Part shown: positions 55,166-64,000 of the stretch, one piece after another | How the letters are laid out: the number at the start of each line of letters is the position of its first letter | Position numbering within the stretch: the first letter of the stretch is position 1 | Source: Octopus vulgaris | Lineage: Eukaryota | DNA length: 64,000 nucleotides | Direction of reading: 5' to 3' | NCBI GenBank assembly: GCA_951406725.2 | Contig: OX597825.1 | Span: 53,010,001-53,074,000, forward strand | Program-made: the position numbers and the translations under genes | The notes under the pieces: model-generated | Told to the model about the DNA's origin: nothing | The model's input: only the letters and a program-made list of their open reading frames with translations | Database searches by the model: none

Positions 55166-55440
55166 CCCCACTAGGCTCCATACAATTCTTAGTAGTATAG
55201 TCTATTCTTAGTTACAATAGCGACATCGTAAATTTCTTCTATCTTCTTACTCTGTTTAAATATTTGAGAAAAGTTATATTAATATGTCCTACTTGTTAAG
55301 ATTCCATTTATTTATTGGTGCAGCTGAAGATGGCTCTGCGTTTAAACTCATGGAATGTTTGCATTGTTCAATTAAATGGAGGCCCTTGAAATGTTTGCAA
55401 TGCATCACTAATTAATACCCTGTTGTTTATTTTGATTATA

Positions 55441-56355
55441 CAGGGTGTCCAAACGTCTCTCCGTGGAAAATGTTTTTTAACCTGCGCATGCGCAACTTGG
55501 CTATCACTGCATGGGAGACCGGGTGTCAGCTGTTGTCTCTCACTCATTGTGTACCCTTCAGCGTATCGACATGCTAACCATTTTTAGTAGAATGAGATTT
55601 TTCGAGCTGGAAACAAATGCACAGATACTGTGAAACAGAAGTTCAGTGAAACTTTTCCAAATACTGTTGTTCCACATCGTGACACTGTGCGGGATTTGAT
55701 AAGAACATTTGGAAACACAGGCTCAGAAGAAGACGCACCAAGAAGCGTAGGCCTACTTTTCTTTCAGACGAAACACTCTGCCATATTTCTGATAAACTGT
55801 TGTTAAGCTCATCAAAGTCCTAACGCAAATTGTCACAAGAAATGGAAATCAGCCCAAGAAGTGCTCACACGGCAGTAAAAAAGAAATCAAATTTCTTTCT
55901 ATACAAATTGCAGGCCATTGAAGAATTGAAAACTACGGATCATTCTAAATGGCTTCATTATTGTCATTGCTTCCATAACTTTATTGCCGAAAAATGCATA
56001 GAAGTGTTGAATGGGTGTTTTTACACTGATGAGGTTTGGTTTCATCTGTCGGAACACATAAACTCGCAAGACACAAGGGTTATGAAGCACTGAGAATCCA
56101 TACACGACGCATGAGCAACCTCTGCATCCCGAAAAAGTTGGAGTATGGATAACAATTTCGAGAAAGACAGATATTTTTTTAAGACAACATCAACACCGAG
56201 AGATATTGCTCAAATATTGTTTATCCAATTGTAGGCCAACTAATTGGAAGAGAAATTGATAATGCATACTTTCAGCAAGATGGAGCTACAGCACATACTT
56301 TGTGCATCACCATGGAGCTACTTCAAGAGTTTTTTGGTGAACAGATTATTTCGAA
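55441..56355 (+). mobile_element. rosa/maT-like transposon, 3'-truncated, decayed transposase
   Basis: TA-CAGGGTGTCC TIR; TVKQKFSETFPNTVVPHRDTVRDLI..FGNTGS, FYTDEVWFHLSEHINSQDTR, HEQPLHPEKVGVW, YFQQDGATAHT..TMELLQEFFGEQIISK. Confidence 0.88.
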
Positions 56356-56362
56356 AAAAATA

Positions 56363-56520
56363 AAACCGTCCTCCATACTCTACTAACACGCCAAGGACAA
56401 AGATGGAGGCAACCTGGGTCAGCTTGACATCTGCAAATTATCCAAGCACCCAAAGGACCCAACACTCAGACAAATACAAGAGTACGTCTTCATAAATAAA
56501 ATATCCCAGTACTAAATAGG
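56363..56520 (+). pseudogene. C-terminal part of a Penelope-like GIY-YIG endonuclease
   Basis: SILY*HAKDKDGGNL..LDI.KLSKHPKDPTLRQIQEYVFINK, frameshift, PVLNR; resembles the S-L-x-x-H...RQI-x-E...I...LN tail of PLE endonucleases. Confidence 0.45.
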
Positions 56521-57372
56521 TAATATACGTAGTAGATAATCATACCCCGATACCCCCAGTTTATATTTATATAGAGGTAGAATAGTTAGTGGGCTGTTAT
56601 GTAGATAAGTGTGTGTATGCATATGTATATGCACATGTGTGTAGGCAAATGGGTATGAAAGTAAACAGATAGACATACAGACAGATAGGTACATAGATAA
56701 TATGAACGGACAAGCACACTTAAACACACATACACAAATGAAGACTGAAATACACGACCATATATACACACACATCACTTCACACAAGTACGCATATGGA
56801 GACACACGTCCAGACATATAGAGATACACATTCATACAGACAGACAGAGTAGATAGTCACAAAAACCATAAACACACACAGACACACTCAGACATGCACA
56901 CACACGGAGACAGAGGTACACACACATAAAAACACAAACACGAACACAAACACAAGAATATGCTGAATACATACATACAAACGTACATACATACAACCGT
57001 ACGTACACACACATACATGCATACACACACTTACAAGCATACATATATACATACGTACATACATACATATATGTGTAATCGCGCTCACACTGACCCACAC
57101 ATGTGCGCACAAACATACAAAAAGGACGGTGCATTAACAACTATTGTAAATGTTGCAAGTCGTAAAGAAAATTTTAGAAAAATCATTAAGTAAAGGAGTG
57201 GAAATTTTACCGGTGCATGTGTTACATTATAAAGCACTAAAAAAGAATGACTCTCCCCAGACACAACAGAGTGTGCTTCAACACACGAATTCACATAAAG
57301 AATCTTGCAGACCAATTGAAACAGCGAAATATATATATGAATCTATTATATATATATATATCACAATCACGT

Positions 57373-57462
<90 letters not shown>

Positions 57463-57584
57463 GACAGACAGACAGACAGAGAGCACTCCATCGGTTACGA
57501 CGCCGAAGGTGCCAGCTGATACGATCAAAGGAACAGCCACTCATGAAATTAACGTGCAAGTCACTGAGTAATCCACAGACACAC

Positions 57585-57656
<72 letters not shown>

Positions 57657-57689
57657 CGTATGTATGTATGTATGTATGTATGTATGTAT

Positions 57690-57731
<42 letters not shown>

Positions 57732-58004
57732 GTATGTATGTATATACGCACGCTCATACACATATATGTATATGTAAAAAGCTATCTCTTTATCTCTACA
57801 TATTCTCAGGTCAATAGGTATAACACACTGAAGTAATAACAATGTGTTCTTTATATATATTTTTCTTCGTTTGTCGGTTTTTACTGTTATTGTTCTCGAC
57901 CTGGTATCAATAGCTTTCTTCTCACGATTTTCCTCGGATATTGTTGTCGAATTGGGTAATGCTGATTTCAATATTTCAATAATTTCATCCTTTTGTGATC
58001 AATA

Positions 58005-58510
58005 AAATAACTAATAGTTGAACACTGGATTCGATGCAATCGACTTACCCCTCTCGTAAATTTCTGGCCCTTTGCCAACATTTGAATCTAATATTAATAG
58101 CAATATTGAGGCATCAAGGCAGTGAACTCGCAGAATCATTAGCACGCCGTGCAGAATTCTTAGCGGCATCTCGTCCGTTTTTACGCTTTCTATTCAAATT
58201 CATTTTATGTCGTCCTATTCTCTCATACTTTCAGACCTTTTAAATAAATATTAGCTGAGTACTTGGGTGGAACTAATCAATTTTACCCTTTCCCCCGAAA
58301 TTGTTGCAGTTCTACGAAAATTTAAATGCGTCGGGTAAAATATTAAGCGGCATTTTGTCTGTCTTTATGTCCTGAGTTCAAATTCCGCTCAGATCGATTT
58401 TGCCTCTCCTCCTTTCGGGGTCTATAAAATAAGCACCTGTTGACCATTAGGGTGTTGTAATCAATCTACGCACGATATAGCTGGCTTTGTGCCAAAGATT
58501 TGAAACCAAT
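58005..58510 (+). mobile_element. Three tandem Nin-domain SINE copies or fragments
   Basis: Repeated GATGCAATCGACT..TGCCAACATTTGAA; GGCAGTGAACTCGCAGAATCATTAGCACGCC; GAGTTCAAATTCCGC..CCTTTCGGGGTCTATAAAATAAG. Confidence 0.75.
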
Positions 58511-58909
58511 ATTTCAAGAAAAAAAACCCCACTTGTATAATAAAGAACCCCAGATCCACCAACATACTGGTGTTTGGAGGAATTTAACAAACAGCTCCAT
58601 CTCTCAAAACTCTTTCCTGTTACTGTTGACACTATTATTCGGTTGATTTCACACACCACTCCCAGATCCTGAAGTCTCTTCTTGTTGGTTGGACGCATTC
58701 GTAAACAACTCCAGATCCTCAAATTTCTAGCTCTTGTCGTTGTTTGTATGATTTCAGAAATAACGGGAAAATATTAATAATCTTGCTATCCTTTGCTACT
58801 ATCAAAGATAGTGTGATGTTCATGCCCGACCAATCAGTATTAACAATTAATCCATATTAATTATTTTTCTCGTTGTTATAGCTGATGTTATTTCAAAGAT
58901 TTATATATA

Positions 58910-59171
58910 TATCTGTAAATAAATATGTTACCATTATTCAATAGCCAAGATAAAACTCTGAGTTTCTGATGCCGAAGTGGAAATCCACAACACCATCTCT
59001 TCGGTTATCTGGCCAGATAATCGAAGAGATGGTGTGGATTTCCACTTCGGCATCCGAAACTCAGTGTTTTATCTCGGCTATTGAATAATGGTAACAGTAA
59101 TTTACAGATAAATTTCCTCTATTTACATGATATTGAGGTATCTTTCTTTCTTTTGTTATCTTACCGTTTTT

Positions 59172-59175
<4 letters not shown>
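58910..59175. mobile_element. Palindromic Penelope-like insertion with two outward-facing hammerheads (58948-59010 minus, 59015-59074 plus)
   Basis: ~100-bp arms centred on TCTGG|CCAGA; minus copy AGATAA-CCGAAGA-GATG..CATC-A-GAAA-CTCAGAG-TT-TTATCT; ~65-nt right extension; (TA)n on both sides. Confidence 0.8.
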
Positions 59176-59224
<49 letters not shown>

Positions 59225-59628
59225 AGAACATATGTATATTTATATACATATGTACATTTACATATATATGAGCATGTGTATAATCAATCCTCAAATATGC
59301 ACATATACTGAGGTACACACTCTCTCTATCTCTTTCACTCAAACACCTGTCTTTCTTAGCTGTCAAACTTCGTATGTGGAACTTACCACATCTACACACA
59401 TGTGCGCACACTCTCACACACATACAATACATGCTGCATAAAATAATTATATAGCACGCTTCCATGTATCCATGTATCCATATATCCATATGTATGCTTA
59501 TATACGTGCAAAGTTACAGAATATGTATATTTTCATATAAGTCTACACAGCAAAAATGATCATACCATACACATAGAAACATCATAACTAGATTCATAAA
59601 TATATGTGCCCGTGACATTTACACACAA

Positions 59629-59719
<91 letters not shown>

Positions 59720-61599
59720 CATATACATATATAGGTAAATACATACACATAAGCCTTTATACACACATTTTTATATACATACATGCATATACAGACAAAG
59801 GAAAAAAAGGAATCAAACACACAAATATATATTGTAAGCATTGAAAGAAGACAAAAATTGAAACACGGTAGAGATGTTTAGCTGGGAAATGGTGAAACCT
59901 TGAAACAATGAAACGATGGAATACTGTTGGAACAATAGGCTTAATTTTCACCAGAAATACAATATTTTTAGTATTATCACACAGTTATATATATATTTTT
60001 TTGAGTTGGGGACGGAGAAGTAGATTTTTAAAATATACGTAAAGCAGTCCGTAATATTAGTATCATTGTAATAGGTCATGTGATGTATATGCCTGTATAT
60101 ATATATGTATGTAATAGATATAGACGTATATGTTTGTATATATTTATATTTATGCGTGTATGTGCTTGTTTGTGTGTATAGATACACATATACACACACA
60201 CAACCCCCCACACACATGTATATTCACCTAGTATGTATGCATATACATATATACACGCTTCCATATATTGATACATTGTATATGACAGCGTATATGTATA
60301 TAGATGAATACGTGTATGTACACATGCATACATTTATACATACATACTTACATATATAGTCGTACATATATGTTAATATTATTGTGTGTGTGTATGTGTG
60401 TGTGATGCATATAGCAATGAAAATGATGGAGAAAAGAAGAGAGGTTTGATTTGTTTTCCTTTGTTATTCTTAATATGTTGCACCGGATAAACGTTGGAAC
60501 CTTGTGTGGAATTGGTACAATGATGGCAAACTGGAGAAGTGGAAGAGAAAGCAAAGCAATGAAAGAGAGAGAGAGGGAGAGAGAGAGAGAGAAGGAGAAT
60601 AAAAGAGAGTAAATGAGAGTAAAAGACAGCGGATGAAAGTAAAAGAGAGAAAATGTTTAAGAATGAGAAAAAGACAGTATGACAGAGAAAAGAGAAAGAG
60701 GAGTTGGAATTGCATTGGATGTAATAGAATGAGGAATGGATAAAAGAGTGAAATATAGCAGGATACAGGGACAGAATGAGAGAGAGGGATGGGGAGGGGG
60801 GAGGGAGGGAAAGAGACAGACAGAGACAGAAAAACAGACAGAGAACGATGAGAGGGAGTGAGGTTGAGAGAAATAGAGAGAACGAGGAAGAGATAGAAAT
60901 AGAGAAAGCGAAAGGGTGAGAGAGTTGAAATAAGTGTGCTATAGAGAAACAAAAGAGAGAAATTTTGGACTTGTATCTGATTTGATAACAAAAGATGGTT
61001 ATTTGTTTGGTATACAGTAACTCACACGTACATATATATCTATCCACCTCCCTGTCTCTGTCTGTCTGCCTCTCTGTCTCCTCCTGTGCGTTATGCGAGC
61101 GTGTGTGTGTATGTGTGCGCTTGCTTGCTTGTTTGTGTGTTTATTAATGTTTTTATATATAAATGTAAGTATTTGAATACGGATAGGAATGGTCTATTGC
61201 AATAAATATATTTCTACATGAATGTATTTATTTGATCGTGTGTATATTTACGCCGAGAATACTACAGTTGTGCTAAGGAAGAACTATTATCCATAGGTGT
61301 ATTCATTATCTCATACTGTTTATATCACATAAACACACACGCCTAAGTGCTCATACACATATACGTTACTGCACACACACACGCACGCACACATACACAC
61401 ACACACCACACACAAACATACAAACATATATGTATGTATTTAAATATGTAAATGCTCACGTATGTATATACAAGTATAAAATAATAGACATGCATATATA
61501 CACCTGAGTGTGTGCCTGTTTGTGTACTTTTGTGCATACATGCTAATAAACATATGCATGTGTGTGTGTATACATATCTATATACTTACATACATACTT

Positions 61600-61645
<46 letters not shown>

Positions 61646-62402
61646 GTGTGTGTTTGTGTGTGTATATAATAATGTACCTGAATATGTGTGTAAGTGTATG
61701 CACATAAATATATTTCTAGACTTGTATGCGCATACGCATGCATGCATATATCCCTGTAGACCAGTAATTCTTCGAGACTGTATTTTAATAATTCCATTTC
61801 CATCAAACATATATCTTTATTATTAAGTTTGGTAAACACACAAATTAATTATTTTAACCAAATTGAAAATAAAAATATCAAAAACAATGACGATAAACGC
61901 AATAACATAACAATATTCGTTGCTATTTTTATATTAGCAATTCTCGTCGTTACATTTCAAAGTGTTCTGTCATCATTACCATTTGTGACAACCTCATATT
62001 CGAATATTCTATCTTGACGCTGGTACATTTTGGCACCTGATTCTGTTATTTACGTCAAAAGAGGTCACTGAACATATTGGTTGTCCAAGACTTCAACTGT
62101 AGAACAGATATTAGTTTTTTTTTCAAATTCGGGCATTTCACGTAGTATTTTTGGCTTTTTGTTTTTGTTCTTTTGTTTTTGCTATGTTTTGTTTTTCCGT
62201 TCCTCTTCTAATATTCTGCCTTCAAATGCGACATGATATCCTCTTTTAATAAATGTTTAGTATGAATTACCGCCTCCTCCTCCGCCTCCTCCTCCGCCTC
62301 CGCCTCTGCCACCTCCGCCTCCGCCTCTGCCACCTCCGCCTCCGCCTCTGCCACCTCCTCCTCCTCCTTCTCCTCCTCCTCCTCCTCCTCCTCCTCCTCC
62401 TC

Positions 62403-62451
<49 letters not shown>

Positions 62452-63649
62452 ATATATATTCAGGTATGTGTGAATATAAAACGCATGTGTGTGAGTGTAT
62501 GTGTGTGTGTTTATGTGTGCTTGTTTGAATGGGCGTACTAAAGTACTGAGGGAACCTGTATATGGATGCGCATATGTTTCAAAATAATTTGATGTGTGCT
62601 TTCAACAAGCTTGCATTTAACTTGGTTGAGTAGATGGATACTACTTTTAAACAATGGAGTAGTTACCTCTCCAGACCGAACAAGAAAAAAGGGTGATTAT
62701 GCTCGTATGTAAATGCCTGATAATAGCGATTATTACACTGTATATTCATAACAATCAAAAAGCAGCTCTATCTCCCAGCGGAAATAAGTAAGTAGACATT
62801 TTGATGCGGCGGCAATAACTAGGTTAGACGAGTCGAGATATTCTCCTCTAAGTGCATTTAACAATCGAGTTCATTGTTTTTTTTCTGTGTACTTCTGGTG
62901 TGTTGTAAAAACTCACAAATCTGTTGCTTAACCGCAGTGAAAAGAAAATATCGCTGTAAGAGTATACATGTGATTATTAAAATTTCCAATTAGGAAGCTC
63001 TGCGCAAACATATATATTCTATTCATCCATCCAACCATCCATCTATCTATACATATGCATCCATACATTCACACACATTACGCGCACACACATGTATGCA
63101 ATAAATTAAAACCTCGGAGAAATGAGACACAAATTTAATTCAGCATCGTTACAGCCGTTTCATAATTCATTTTCACTTAATTTATCGACTCTGATTCGAA
63201 GTTATATGCTCAGTGTATACACTTCACATACATATATGTTTGCATATATATATACAGACACACAGTTGTATTGTTACATAATAATGTACCTAAAGTACTA
63301 CTCCTCTGGCAGTTTTGCAGACATCTCAGAGACGGATGTCAACACACACCCCTTTCACTGTATAATTATAGTTTCTCTCTGAACAATCATTCTTCCATCT
63401 TGAACAGTGCTATTCAATACCCATTTGGTTTATTTCTTTGCTATGGTAGTATTCCTTGTAAATTATTAATAATAAAAATGATGACTACTTTTCCTACCAT
63501 ATATCATCGCGCCACATTATTGTTAATGATAGCAAAAATATAGAGACACATTCGGTATTTAGTCAAGTTTTGTATTTTTCTGGAATGAAATGATTTTAAT
63601 GACGTAATGTAAATGGCAAACTGTAACTAAGCTCTTCGGTCAACAATGA

Positions 63650-63900
63650 CCGTGTGATTGTACCTAGAAATTAGCCCTCCGAGGCACAAGTCCAGGCATG
63701 GTTGATTATAGAAGACCAGCAGTCGCCCATACATACCCGTCTCCTCTCTCTACGCCACTAATATTGTCCAAATGAAAGCCAAAGGCTGATACAGCTTAGC
63801 ACTACTGGCGTCGTGACTCATTTCTAAAGCTGTGTGCACTGGAGCAACGTGAAATAAAGAGTCTTCCTCAAGCACACAACAGACAACTCCGTTAGAATGC
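63650..63900 (-). mobile_element. CORE-domain SINE
   Basis: Minus strand TGTGTGCTTGAGGAAGACTCTTTATTTCACGTTGCTCCAGTGCACACAGCT..AAATGAGT matches the CORE-like TGTGTCCTTGGGCAAG motif. Confidence 0.6.
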
Positions 63901-64000
63901 AGGTTTTGAATTTCACCTAAGCGATCTTGATACATTATATACCAGTAATAGACTGTGGTAATTAAACCAACATTGCCAATTCCTTACAAGTTTGTGGCAT

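Noticed and set aside
55317-55400. CTGAAGA-TGGCTC...GAGGCC-CTT-GAAA-TG-TT possible hammerhead
   Set aside because: Stem I is out of register and stem II is imperfect. It may be a decayed pLTR but is too weak to call.
58540-58830. Possible fifth, minus-strand R4/Dong 3' remnant (LRIWSC-like)
   Set aside because: Only one short motif is recognisable; no CCHC or PD motif recovered.

Overview
AT-rich, non-genic eukaryotic DNA (intronic or intergenic), dense in microsatellites ((TA)n, (CA)n, (AAT)n, (TAGA)n, (GAT)n, (ACT)n). The SINE families and repeat landscape point to a coleoid cephalopod, most likely Octopus (inference). I can support no host-gene exon, and almost all ORFs in the track are translated simple repeats. 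The real content is transposable-element debris. (1) At least four 5'-truncated R4/Dong-type non-LTR retrotransposons (CCHC knuckle plus restriction-like endonuclease), two of them stacked head-to-tail inside (TAA)n tracts. (2) RTE and possible L1/Tx1 fragments. (3) Tc1/mariner remnants, including a fold-back element made of two transposase 3' ends and a Tc1/rosa-like chimera. (4) Many tRNA-derived Nin-domain and CORE-type SINEs. (5) The most interesting signal: about a dozen intact or degenerate minimal type-I hammerhead ribozyme motifs from several unrelated sequence families. Many sit in long near-perfect DNA palindromes with outward-facing ribozymes and a one-sided 3' extension, inserted at (TA)n. 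This is the signature of truncated Penelope-like elements, and two GIY-YIG remnants are also present. Several families share non-canonical catalytic cores (CCGANGA or CUGUNGA instead of CUGANGA).
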